Translations under genes and position numbers: made by a program | Origin: Camelus dromedarius | Lineage: Eukaryota | Length of the DNA stretch: 64,000 nt | Reading direction: 5' to 3' | Assembly: GCF_036321535.1 (NCBI RefSeq) | Contig: NC_087437.1 | Span: forward strand, 94,056,001-94,120,000 | Part shown: positions 51,480-63,950 of the stretch, in pieces | Layout of the letters: the number at the start of each line of letters is the position of its first letter | How positions within the stretch are numbered: the first letter of the stretch is position 1 | The notes under the pieces: model-generated | What the model was told of the DNA's origin: nothing | Database searches by the model: none | Seen by the model: the letters and a program-made list of their open reading frames with translations, nothing else

Positions 51480-52800
51480 GACATAACTCTGGAAGGCAAA
51501 ATTTAAACCATTTTATCTTCAAATCTTGGATAAAAAATATTTCTTAAAATGAGATGCAAATTTATAAAAAGAGTGGACAGATAAATCACACTTATTAGGA
51601 GATGTGATATTGTTACTGTAATATACAGGGTATACAAATTATTCATGCAAATTTATAATAAAAAAGCAAGTCAAGTAAAAAGTGGGCAGAAGGCAAGAAT
51701 AAGCATTTCCACAGGGTCAATTTCATTAGTAATCAGGAAATGCAAAGTAAAACCAGGATAAGCTACATCAACTTGGTTCTTCTTAACTTAGCAAAAGTTA
51801 AAACCTCTCAAGATTCCCAGTGTTACCAGTGTTATGAACAGTTGCTAGGAATAAACATTTGCTAGGAATATAAATGGGTCCGCTGCTTCGGAAAAAAAAC
51901 ATTTAGGCAGTAGCTACAAAAATTGAAATCACATATATCCTATGACACAGCAATTCTGTTCCTAGTTATATACATAGTAGAAATGTGACTGGTTTATTCT
52001 AAGTGGTCAGCAACCACAAAGCCGATAGAAAGACTGCCAGATACTATGAGGCTCTTCTAGTAGAAAACCAGATTCAGCTGGCATGATATGAGACTGGATA
52101 TAAGAAATGGTACCACTGCTTCAGAGCTTGTAAATCCCTTTGCCACCAGCCACCATATTTGCCAGGAAAGCCAGTTTCCCTGCATTTGGCTAACACAGCA
52201 GTCTTCTGATTTCAGTGTCTAATAACTTTTGAGAAGTTGAATTCCCTTGGTGCTGTTACAAAATAAAGTTCAATACACATGTAACAGAATTTCAGTTCCA
52301 GTGTGTATGCTGTAGAAACGTTTGCACAGGTGCATCTGAGCAAGCTCGTTCTATAACAGCAACGACTGAAAACAGCACAGGAATCCATGTCCAGTAGAGT
52401 GGATAAAGTAATTGTATATTCATGCTGTAAAATTCTGTGAAGAGGGGAAAAGACCAAAGTTCAGATGATGAATTGACTTGAATGAAAGCTGTGAACATAA
52501 TCTGCAGAAAGGAATAATAAGTCACAGACAAACACATGTAGTATAAATCCTATTTAATTACTTCAATGTTTAAAAGCTGCCAAAAAGGAAACAGACATTG
52601 TTTAATTGATTTATTTTAAATACAATTAAGGAAAATGCACTAACTTAGCTTTATCCTTGGGGTAATCAGAGAAGGTTAGAATGAGAGAGAGGCACACTGT
52701 GTGCTAAAAGTAAAACAATTTGTGCTCTATTCCTTACCCTGAGTGGCCTCTCATAAATGGCCTCCATCTAGCTATTTTAAAAACTAGATAGCCTTCCAAA
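51480..52800 (+). mobile_element. Old LINE-1 (L1ME-like) fragments with an unassigned block at about 51987-52255
   Basis: cattagtaatcaggaaatgcaaagtaaaacc, tcctatgacacagcaattct, aatccatgtccagtagagtggataaagtaattgtatattcatgc. Confidence 0.7.
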
Positions 52801-53279
52801 TGTATGTATTGCACTATAAGAAAATTTTAAATTATGTTAATATGTAATTAGGTGCTCTATCTTGAATGCAATTATTCTTGATGTTAAAGCATATTCTTTT
52901 TACTTGAAGTACAGTGTATCCATCTTTTGACTAGATGGTATTCCAGTATTCTCCAATGATGTGATAGAAGTATGCTGCATTTGAAAATGTAAATCTGACC
53001 ACTTTTTATCATTAAATGTTTATCTAAAGATAAATGAAAATGTATGCAAATATTACTTTGTTTTTTTTAATTAAGCCTTTCAGTTCTCACACTTCTCAAC
53101 ATAAGCAGAGACAATGTAACCCAATTTGAAAACACACACAAAGGAGTGCACCCTCTTGATTGAAAAGGCATTATATTTCCTAAAAGGCATAGTCGTGTAT
53201 TTGATTAAATAGAATAGAATTTTTTTTTGTCATCATCTTGGAGATAAGCAGAGTTTATCTTTTAAAATGGTGCCTGAGA

Positions 53280-53340
53280 GGGGAAGGTATAGCTCAGTGG
53301 TAGAGCACATGCTTAGCATGCACGAGGTCCCAGAAAAAAA
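53280..53340 (+). mobile_element. Truncated camelid tRNA-derived SINE lacking the B box
   Basis: ggggaaggtatagctcagtggtagagcacatgcttagcatgcacgaggtcc followed directly by cagaaaaaaa. Confidence 0.9.
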
Positions 53341-54594
53341 GGACACGGGCAAGGAATAACTACCCATTTCATGGTCTGAATATTAGAATAGGGTAGGAAT
53401 TCTTCCCAGAACAACTGAACACTTTCTACAGTGACAAAATTTGTATTGGAGTAGTGGTTAATATCTTTATAAGTAAAAAAATTCAGGAATAAATTAGTTG
53501 CAAAATAAATATATGGGAAAAAATACTACCATGCAAAATGCCTCTAAATAAACTGTGAGCTCTTTGAGGGCAGGGATCTACTGAATGTATTTTAAATTCT
53601 ACAAAACGTTTAGAACAATTTCCTGAATGTAGTTACTCTGTAACTGCTTATTGATTAGTGAGTGATTCAGCAATTACTAAAATCTTGTTAAAAGATGCTT
53701 TCATTTTAAATTATCAATGACATCTAAAAACACATTCAAATTAATGGTAGTGGATATAAAATAGTTTACCATAATTAATTCCAGAATGACATTATCCTAA
53801 AACAACAGTAGTTTTCCAAAAAAAGTAGGCATATTTTCCCTACTTCTTAAATTTCTATGATACTCTTTTCTCCAAATAACATAATATATGGTTTGTTACT
53901 TAGCGTTTAGACTGATTCATAGATTTTTGAAGTGAGTTTCAAATGAATAAAAATAAAATATTTTAGGTAATACAGAGGGTCAGAAATGCTTTAATGTCCC
54001 TGAAGTGACAACAGTAAAGAAATACAGATTAAGGATAGCCAAAGTGTAGGAAAGGAAAATTCAGACTGTAAATTTGGTATGAAATCAACATTTTGTTATT
54101 TTGTCAGTGCTAAAATAAAATATTCCAGGGAGTATATATTTTGTTGTTTGTGCTTCCAAAACACTTAGAAGATAATATTTCAAAGTTAATTATTAGCAAA
54201 TTATATATAAAATATTATTACTAACTATGATTAATCATAACTCAATAACCAATGTTGGAGTGATATTATAAGACAGTAGGTATGGGGAACAGAAAATAGC
54301 CCTTCTTACATTTACTTTGGTCCCCCTAAAGTCAATTGTGTAAAGTGACAATGACTTACAACTATTTGGTTTATAGAATATTACCCAATATCGTTCCCAT
54401 GATATAAGTCAGCCACTGGAGGCCAAAGTATGTCTCAACGTAAAGTTAGCTTTTAAAGTTTGAATAGGATTGCTTTATATTTAAATCCAAACAGCTATTA
54501 TAACCCTATTCTAGTCACAATTGTTAAACAGCCGCATTTTATAATAATGTTAGAGGTTAGGATAATGGAAAGGGAAAGGGTAAATTTTGATATC

Positions 54595-54638
54595 TCTTTG
54601 AAGTTTCAACAGGCAATCTTTGAAGTTGCAACAGGTAA
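54595..54638. repeat. 22-bp tandem duplication
   Basis: tctttgaagtttcaacaggcaa / tctttgaagttgcaacaggtaa (20/22 identical). Confidence 0.9.
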
Positions 54639-55630
54639 TTTTTTCTTCCTCTCCTTTGTGGCGTCTTGTGATAAACATCACTCCCATTTGGATTTGAATG
54701 TTCTTAAATTGACATGGAGTCAGAGTGATACATTAATTTTATAGCATTTCTCATATACATTAAAGATGAAAATAATGAAAATTCCCTTACACATTATTAA
54801 TTCTGATTTTGCTTAAGCAATTTCTCATCATAATCACCAAGATTCAGGAATGCTTAGTTGGTTATAAACATGAACACGAAGTCTGCGATTGCTGGATAAT
54901 CACACCAAAATATAAAATAAGTGCCCTTACAGCATTCAGCTTCTAGGCCAATGGATTTATGAATTACCTAAAAAATTAAAGATGAAGTACCTGAAAATTC
55001 TTATATGCAACAATTGCAACATTTCTGGTTCTCAATAGTGAAGAGATAAGGATACAATTCGAATACATATTTTAACACGTTTCATCACTATTTATATTTA
55101 TCACCATTACCTCTTATACTTCAGTTGTTATTGCAGTGACTGGAGAGTTTCCTGAATGACATTCTGAGCTATTTAAATAATATATCTCAGAGCCTGCATG
55201 AGGATGGAAATCGTTAGGTATTTGAAAATCAGCATTTTTTTAATATCCAAAGTAACTAAATTATGTAGGTCTTTTGTGATGTGCCGTGTTCTTAGAAATG
55301 TTAATACATTCTTAGTCCTTTAAGAAATAATTGTTTTGGGAGAAATAATGAAATCTATTTCCCATTCTTAGAAATTCATAAAGATTATTAGCACCTATTT
55401 AAAAAAAACTCAGGATTTTGCTGTTAGATTTAATTGTATTTGTTTAGGACAGCAAACATTTAACGATAACAGCAAAATTAACAATGTTTTCCCTACAGAA
55501 CAAATTAATAGCTTAACAAACAAAAAGATTCTGAGGAATACTGATAGAAGCATGGACAGATTCTTTGTTTTCTGGAACTCCAACGAAAGATTGTAAACTG
55601 AGCTGAAGCATCGCTTTGGGGAAAACAGAA

Positions 55631-55634
<4 letters not shown>

Positions 55635-55666
<32 letters not shown>
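55635..55666. repeat. (TG)16 microsatellite
   Basis: Read directly. Confidence 0.97.
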
Positions 55667-55669
<3 letters not shown>

Positions 55670-57648
55670 TTGTGTTTTCCTTCATTTATTCAGATTTTCA
55701 ATCTCCTCCCTTGCTTGTGCTTCTACATTGTCTGGAAAGACAACAAAAAGCAGTCAGTGTTAATATTAGACATGACTGACATTTTTTACTTCATAGGTTT
55801 GAAATAAAAGCAGCCATCTTTAACAAAAGAAACAAGAATGTTACTATTGCTAGAAGACAATGTATTATATGTAATATACATTATATAAAATATAACAGAG
55901 CCAATTTTATCAAACTTATCACTTATTCCTTTGAAAATAAGAAAAAGAAAATGTGCTATTAGACTTCTAATTTTATTATAGCAAATTATCATGATAACTC
56001 CCCTAATTATTCCATGACTTCATTAAAGTTCTCTTCCATGACCATATATCATGTTTTATGATAATTTTGTGTCATTTATAGAAGGAATTAAATTAATGTT
56101 TTTAATAACACCTTTAACCTTCCTTGAGTTAATTCTGCATGATAAACAATATAATAACTATATTTAAAAGCATCCTTTAATTGGCCATCACACTAATTCT
56201 TTTGTCGAGTAATAAATTGGGCAAGCCATTCCTATTATTTTCCTGGGTACACTACAATTACATTTTCAGCATGTTTGAAAAAGGAATCTTAATGCAGACC
56301 TAAATTAGCATTGTTACACTAAATTAATTGTAAAATACCGAACCACAATGCCTGGGTCTGGTATTGCACTTTTAATTCAACTGTGTGCTCTGATACGAAC
56401 ACACTACACGGAACTTGTGGAGTGGGCATGCTCGCTAGTTGTATAACGGATAATGATAATGAAATGCATGAGATGTAAAACTAAAAAAAAAAAAAAAAAA
56501 AAAAAAGGGAAAAAAATCCATAATGCATGAATGCCAGATAATGATATGTTTACTTGGAAATTTGACAACCTTTTCTGCAGAAATGATTTTAACAGAGTTT
56601 GGGATAGAGACAGACATTTAAATTTCTTACATTTCAGTGGATTACCAAGAGTTATATTTTTAACTGACTGCATAGGGATTAAAGTTAATTAACAAAATAA
56701 GCATAATGTTTCTTGCAATCAATCAGAGAGCCTGACAAGACAAGTAATACAACTTCCAATTACAAAACCTGAAAGGCCATCACTCTGCTTCCTCCTGTAT
56801 CTTAGAAACTGGGGGTGGTGAGATGAGGGTGACCAACAGAAATGAAAACAAGTCCCCAGTTAAAAGTAGCAAAAAGAAAATTCACACATGGTGATAGAAA
56901 TCAAAGGCATATTAAAATATTCTTTTGTGAAAAAGTACAGTACTGGGAACACAGAACAATAGAATATTAAGAGCAAAATTATACTAAGATGCCTTTTTAT
57001 TGTGTTCAAGTTTTAGTATAATAAAAAACCAAAATTGGGCATTGGGGAAAAATATTCTATTGTTTTGAACACTAGGGAGATAGATCACTTACTTTTAATT
57101 AAAATAAATTCATAGAAAATATGTATGAGTGATACTAACCGATTTGATAGAAAAATTGTTTCACAATTTGAAGAGTAAAATACATCTTTAGTATAGAAGG
57201 ATATATTTCTTTAATGATAAGATGCCCATTTTCTTTTCAATTTTAACGTATCTAAATTAAGACAATATCTTACAATAGATGATATATTAGGCTAGGAAGT
57301 ATGGAATTTGAAATGTAAGTTATGAGGAATAATAAGATAAGGTATCATACATCTACCAGCTAATTAAAGCCGCAGACATCATCCTTCCTGAGGACCTCCT
57401 TGTGCTTTCAGCTGCAGTCACCGCCCTCTCCCACTACAGCAAAGGTTGACAAGTAAGCCCAGAATGGGTTTTGTAATTTTCCTTTTTTTATTATAGTTTT
57501 CATACATGAATTACATATATACCCCTCAAGTATATAGTACTTTGTGTTGTGTTTTTTAACTTTGTGAAATGTTTTCACGATTTCTGCAGCTTTTTTCACT
57601 TCAACCTCTGGTTCTGAATTTCATTACATGGATGCTTGTAACAGTAGG

Positions 57649-57810
57649 TGCTAAGGACTGAGTTGTGTCCCCTCAAAGCTCACATGTGCAGCCCTAGTAC
57701 CCAATGTGACTGTATTTAGAGATAGGGCCTTTAAGGGGATGATTAAGGTTAAATGAGGTCATCAGGGTCTGACCTAATCCAATAGGAAGAGGAAGAGATA
57801 CCAGAGCTCT
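57649..57810 (+). mobile_element. MaLR LTR 5' half (MLT1A/B-like)
   Basis: tgctaaggactgagttgtgtcccctcaaagctcacatgt...gatagggcctttaaggggatgattaaggttaaatgaggtcat. Confidence 0.85.
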
Positions 57811-58150
57811 CTTTTATTTTCCTGCCAATAAATCCTATAGGAGAAACCAACAGAACATCTAGTTTTGAAAAACTCCAAAAACCTCTGTCCTAAACCCTGA
57901 TAGCTATTTTTTAAGCAGCTTTATTTAGAAAAGCTGAAATGATTGTATGCTAATTTGAACATCTAGGTTATACAAGAATTAACTTAACTCCCTCTTTGAT
58001 GTCCTCTAAGACTTGGATTCCATTTATATGCACATTATTCTTTCTCAGACCCCTAACTTCAGACTGGAGTGGAGAAAACTATGGCTTACACTTTCCCTCA
58101 CATCATTCCTGGGCTCCAGACTGTGGAAGCCCATGATTGGGTTAACAAAT

Positions 58151-58554
58151 TGTAAAAGACCCCAGCCGCTCATCTCCTTTAAGAAGAATAAATGTGCTTG
58201 GTAACTGCTTTGCAAGCAGGCGCCTATGCATCCACACTCCTGTCTCCTTGCCATAAAAAGCAGAGACAATGCCTTGCTTGCATAGTTGAGGTTTTAGGTA
58301 GCACTCTGCTCGGTCTCAAAGCAAGACCCAGGCCCTCGGCTATAAACGCTGGGCGTGCCTGCTGTTAGATAGTCTTCTATCTCCAAAGCAAGGACCTGGC
58401 TGGTCTGGTCTGGTGGTCTGCTTTAACAGATGTATAAGAATGTATCTTGTTCCCCTCTCCCCATGACTTCCCTAAACAAAGCCTTTGTACTCATTGTGAC
58501 TTCTACAATCTCTGTCCCATCCTGTCTTTCCCTAAATTCCTGCATTCCACCACA
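58151..58554 (+). mobile_element. Probable ERV solo LTR (family unassigned)
   Basis: TG start, tataaa near 58341, degenerate polyA aacaaa near 58475, pyrimidine-rich U5-like end finishing in CA. Confidence 0.45.
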
Positions 58555-60287
58555 CAGCTGTTAATGATTTTTTCTTTGACTATACACAATAAATGTGGGA
58601 GCATTTGAGAGACTTGTGGAGTTGGCTCCCAACTCCCTCTCGCTCTCTTGACTTTCCACAGTTTCGAGTAATTCATTCCATCTCGGTGGGACTTCTGCCG
58701 GTCAGAACCCACACCAGACAAGGTGCTGGACCTTTGCAGCAGGTTGTTAGCAACAGTACCTCTTAAACCTGAGGACTTTCAGTGGTATAAAGAAAAAGTT
58801 GTTCCACCTTTCAACTCTTTTCAGAAATTTGACCCTGGGCAAAGCAGTGGGCATCATCAAATCATAAGGCATATGCATTTATCACCATCAGGATGACCCA
58901 TATTTACTACGGAGGCAGTTGAGTTCCTCAGGACTGGTGAGTGATGCTGGAGCACCACAGTGATGCTGAATTTGTGGAAGGATGGGTCTTGTCCCTTTCT
59001 CCAACCAGTAAGCTCTTTTGAGCTGAACTGAATTCCAGGAGAGCTCTTTTTGATTCTTTAGTGTTCAAATATGCACTTGAATCCTGTAGACAAGAAAACA
59101 TTAGGTTAGCACTGTGTTATTTTGCAAACACTTTGTTTTCTGAAGCAACTGTCTGATTACTCTTGAAGGAACTAAATCGTCTAATGAAAATGTACTGCTT
59201 ACCCTTGGGAATCTCATAAATATGTAAGAGAAGACCTAATTCAGGCAGTTTTCTATCGCTCAGTAATTTTTAAATGACTGGGTAAAGAATCACTCTTTTA
59301 TAGGTCTCCTTTGTAAACTGAGGTAAGAATTTGGGACTAAACATTAATGGGTAATGGATTTGAAGTTGCTCTTGGATCTTTCATCCTCTATAAACTCTAT
59401 CAGAATTATTAGAAAAATAATAAATTTATTGACTATAACATAAGAATAACACTGGAAAAAAGGAATGGATAATTAATATAAAATTATAAGTTCTTGGGAG
59501 CATATTAGCTTAAAATTAGATGAATACATTAGAGACAAAAATTTGAAATAAATAATTTCTAAAACAATTAAGGTAGCTAATATTAATTAAACCAACTGTC
59601 TAGAGACAATTACAATTAAAAAATGGAAATAGTGCTAAAAGAAGGTAGAGATGTGTAAAAATACAAAGGGCTAAAATAAATGTTATTTAAAATGGTGAGC
59701 TAAAATGTGAAATATTTTAAATATTAGAGCTAAGAAATTAAGGCTAAAATTAAATGAATATAAAAACTAAAAACTTAAATAAGAGAAGCATCAACTCAGA
59801 GCATGAGCAAGATTTTTAAAAGGAAAAACTAAACCCATCAAAAGAAAATTAACTTGACAGGAAGAGAATGACCAGAAGATATATTCTCAAAATGAAGGAA
59901 GGGGAGAAGAACTATTTCATTCACACACTGGTAGAAGGAATGTTTTTGTAAAGAATTTATATATTAGAAACACATTTCAAATACTTTGTGTTGATTATTT
60001 CGTAGATAGTACACCCCAGAAGCAGAAAATAAAACACTTACTCTGATTTTACCATATAAGTTTGTAATCTATAATCTTTTGCTTCCAGCTTCCAGCTATG
60101 TTTAATAGAACTTATTTCTTAGCTTCTTGTTGCATGGAACTCAGATGTCTCAAAACTCTAAGAGCAACTTGCTGCTGTTCTTTCTCCCGAGGCCTGTTGT
60201 CTGCTTGGTCCCCCAGAGTCTCAATCTATGGCTGCATAGCTGAGTGGATTACAGTAGTTGATGGTCTCTAAGAGATCACGGTGAAAA

Positions 60288-60805
60288 TGTTGCCAGAGTA
60301 TATATAGGTTCTAGCCTCGTGCAGGAAAAGAATTCAAGAGTGAGGCATAGGAAAGTGAAAGAAAGTTTATTTAGAGAGATACACACTCTGTAGACAGAAT
60401 GTGGTCGGTTGCACTCCGATGGGAGAGTGGCTTAGGAGATACACACTCCGTGGGCAGAATGCAGGAATTCTCAGAAGGCAAAAGAGAGGGAACCACCCCA
60501 GCCCCAGGTGCAGATGGAGCTGTTAGTTTTTATGGGCTCAGTAATTTCATATGGTAACAAGTAGGAGGATTATTCCAAGTACTTTGGGGAAGGGGCAGGG
60601 ATTTCCAGGAATAGGGGTCCCACCTGCTTTTTGACCTTTTATGATCAGCCTAGGGACTGTCATGTTTCCTGTGGGTGTGCCATGAGGCTCAAGGTCTCCT
60701 GGAAGTGGAGTCTTCTGCTATCTTGGTTCTAACCAGTCTGTCCTGTCCTCAACTGCTATGTCATTCCTTCAGTGGTTGTGCCCTGCCCCTTTCCCTCCTG
60801 TCTCA
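60288..60805 (-). mobile_element. ERV1 solo LTR, MER41-like
   Basis: Reverse complement begins TGAGACAGGAGGG and ends GGCAACA; clearly homologous to the LTR at 49803; flanks aaaa/aaat are a possible 4-bp TSD with one mismatch. Confidence 0.9.
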
Positions 60806-61129
60806 AAATGAAAAACAAATTAGCTGAAGCCACAAATTCCTGAGCTGCCTGTTTATCTGGAGGTACGCTGCCACTCCAGCTTAGAGACAGAACAGAATGC
60901 AACAGAACATGAGAGTCTCAGTAAAGGTGTCAGATAAGATATATCAGAATTCAGAGACACGGAGGAAGATGAAATTTGCAAAACACAGTGGGGAAAGAAA
61001 CTCAGAGGAAAATTCCAGAAATTTGCATATGGGTCACCTTAAGGTTTGATCACATATTGTAGAGGAGAGAAAAATAATAAAGGTAGCAGACAAAACTTTT
61101 AAAAGACATGTAATACAAAAATGTTCAAG

Positions 61130-62750
61130 GGTTAAAAGAAAATATAATCCATAGCCAAATCCCAAGAGACTATTTGTAGAACTAGACACATTGATCGTAA
61201 ATGTAATTGGATTAAAAAAAAATTGAATAAAAATAAAATATTTTTGAAAACTCAAAGTACCTAGAAAAGCCTTTTTTGGTAAAACAAAATTTGAAGATTT
61301 ACACTATGTAATTTCAAGATGTACTGTAAGAAAATCTCTTAAGAATCAAAATGACTAAATTCAAGGGAAAAAAATAAATTATACTTTATCAAAAATTTTA
61401 AATGTCTCTTCTTTATAAGATACTGTGAAAGAAAGAAAAGAAAAGACTGGAGGATAATATTTTCAGTACATGTATCTAATGCAGGCCTTATATCCTGATA
61501 TATAAAGAATCCTTACAATACTAAGTGAAGTAAGTCAGAAAGAGAAAGACAAATACTGTGTGATATCACTTATATGTGGAATCTAAAATATGATACAAAT
61601 GAACCTATTTACAAAACAGAAACAGACTCACAGACATAGAAAACAAATTTATGATTGCCAAAGGGGGTAGGGGATGGGGGATAAATTAAGAGTTTGGGAT
61701 TAGCAGATGCAAACTACTGTATAAAGTATAGATAAATAACAAGGCCCTACTGTACAGGGAACTGCACAGGGAACTGTATTAAATATCCTGTAATAAACCA
61801 TAATGGCAAATAATATGGAAAAAATACATATATGTGAATCACATTGCTGTACACCAGAAACCAACACGACATTTCAAATCAACTATTCTTCAATTTAAAT
61901 AAAAGAGCATAAAGAATCTTTACAAATATTAATAGGAAAACAAATGACCAAATAAAAACTGCAAAATACTTGTTCATTCATTTCACATAACAAAATATAC
62001 CCATGACCAATAAGCACATGAAAAGGTACTTATTAGCATTGGTCATTAAGTAGTGGAAATTAAAATTACAACCAAATACCACAGCAATTTAGGATGAATA
62101 AAATTTAAAAGATTGACCATGACAAGTGTTGATGAGGATTTGAAACAGCTTGTACTCTCATACCCTGTGGCAAGATTGTAAATCAGTATATCTCATCAAA
62201 TTAATGATATGCTTGGCATACAACTTAGCAAAGCTATTCTTAGGTATTCACCCAAGGGAAATACAAACATACGTCCACATAACAACTTGTACAGGAATTT
62301 TTATCAGTTGTTATCATAGCATTCCTAAACTGAAAACAACTCAGATGCCCAACAGTGGGGCGGGGGAAGGGTTAAACAAATGATGGGATATTGAAACACT
62401 GTACTCAGCAACAAAAACGGACAGACTACTGGTAGGTGCAACAATATATATCAATTTAAAAAAAAACATTAGTGCTGAACGAAGAAAACCAGACATAAAA
62501 AAAATTGCCTACTGAATAATTCTATGTACATTAAACTCCAGAAAGTACAAATACATAGTAATAGGAACTGGGTGAGTGGGTACTTGAAACCACAAATTGA
62601 GAAAGGAATGGAGATTTGCTGCAAAAAGGGGGAAAAATCCTTTTTTGGGGAGATGGAAATATTCTGTGCCTTGATTCAGGTAGCTGTTATACATTTGACA
62701 AAGCTTTAAAGTGGAAGCATTTTGTTCTGTATGCCTCAATAGTTGATTAT
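61130..62750 (+). mobile_element. Old LINE-1 ORF2/3' fragments hosting a younger L1
   Basis: gaccaataagcacatgaaaaggtact, acaagtgttgatgaggattt, ttcttaggtattcacccaagggaaatacaaacatacgtccaca. Confidence 0.75.
61519..61908 (+). mobile_element. 5'-truncated cetartiodactyl-type LINE-1 3' end with TSD
   Basis: tactaagtgaagtaagtcagaaagagaaagacaaatact...aaatcaactattcttcaatt; 17-bp TSD ataaagaatc(c/t)ttacaa at 61502-61518 and 61909-61925. Confidence 0.93.
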
Positions 62751-63795
62751 TTAAAAGTGTAGCCCTTATAAGAAGGATTTACATATAGCATACATCAGTA
62801 AATTAAAGATTTGTTAAGTATATTAATTCCAGAAAAATTTGTAGAAGTGCTTCTCTGGTGTCTGCTAGCTACTGACCATACACATATAAAATAGACTGTA
62901 GAAGGACCTAACTGAGCTCATTTTCACCAAATTGAAACATGAGAGATAGTCACTGTGTTTTTAAAAAAAAAAATCTCCGGATAGTTCAGTGGTAGAATTA
63001 GGACAGAATTAGGGTTTCAAAATTTTCATAGACATGCATATGTATTTTATTATTGTCTGATAAAACACTAAGATACTCCCAAACTTAAGAGATTTTATTT
63101 TAAAAGAGCATGATTTTTGTGCTGTTGTTTGATATTACCCATGGCTATTTTTCCCCCAAAACGAAAACTCTTCTTTTTCGGTAGCTCTTTTAGAGAAAAA
63201 TAATTCATCAGACATAGAATGTTATAAAAGGTGATTTTCTTTGACATCACTTATACATTGAGGATTAAGAACAAACAGGTCGAGTTCAGTTTCTTCCTAA
63301 TATCATTGCTTTGGTTTTTTGGGGACTGTCACTGAAATCATTACTATTTTCTGAAAAGACTTAAAAATGTCGACATGAAATTCTCAAGCCTGAGCCATTT
63401 TTGTGAAACTCAAAAGCACGTATAAGGACAAGCAGCATAGCTTTAGGGACAGTTGGCTTCTTTTGGCATATTTATTTCTGTTCATTAGAGAGCTTCTAAA
63501 ACAAACGTAGTCTTGGGGTTTGTTTCCAGATTGTGCAGTTTGTTCTATTTCAAAGCACGAGCCCTTAAAGCTGGGCAGCTGTGTTATGAATGCCTTTGCC
63601 TAGTCACAGGAGGATGCTGTAACCATATGGATAGATGAAATCAACCCCTTCACTATTGAGAAAACAAGTAGTTGCACATGGCCTGTAGATGGAAATGTCT
63701 CGTTCGTGCAGGGCACCACGAGAGTATTTATGAATAGCAAGTGGTCTGGATGTGTGTTTGTGTGTGATATTAGACAGAAGGAAACAGGAGGAAGG

Positions 63796-63834
63796 TTTTT
63801 CTTCCTTCCTTCCTTCTCTCTTTCTCTCTTTCTC

Positions 63835-63888
<54 letters not shown>

Positions 63889-63950
63889 TTTCTTCCTTTC
63901 TTCCTTTCTTCCTTTCTTCCTTTCTTCCTTTCTTCCTTTCTTTCTTTCTT
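63796..63950. repeat. Compound polypyrimidine microsatellite (TTTC)n/(TTTCTTCC)n
   Basis: About 155 nt of only C and T, read directly. Confidence 0.97.
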
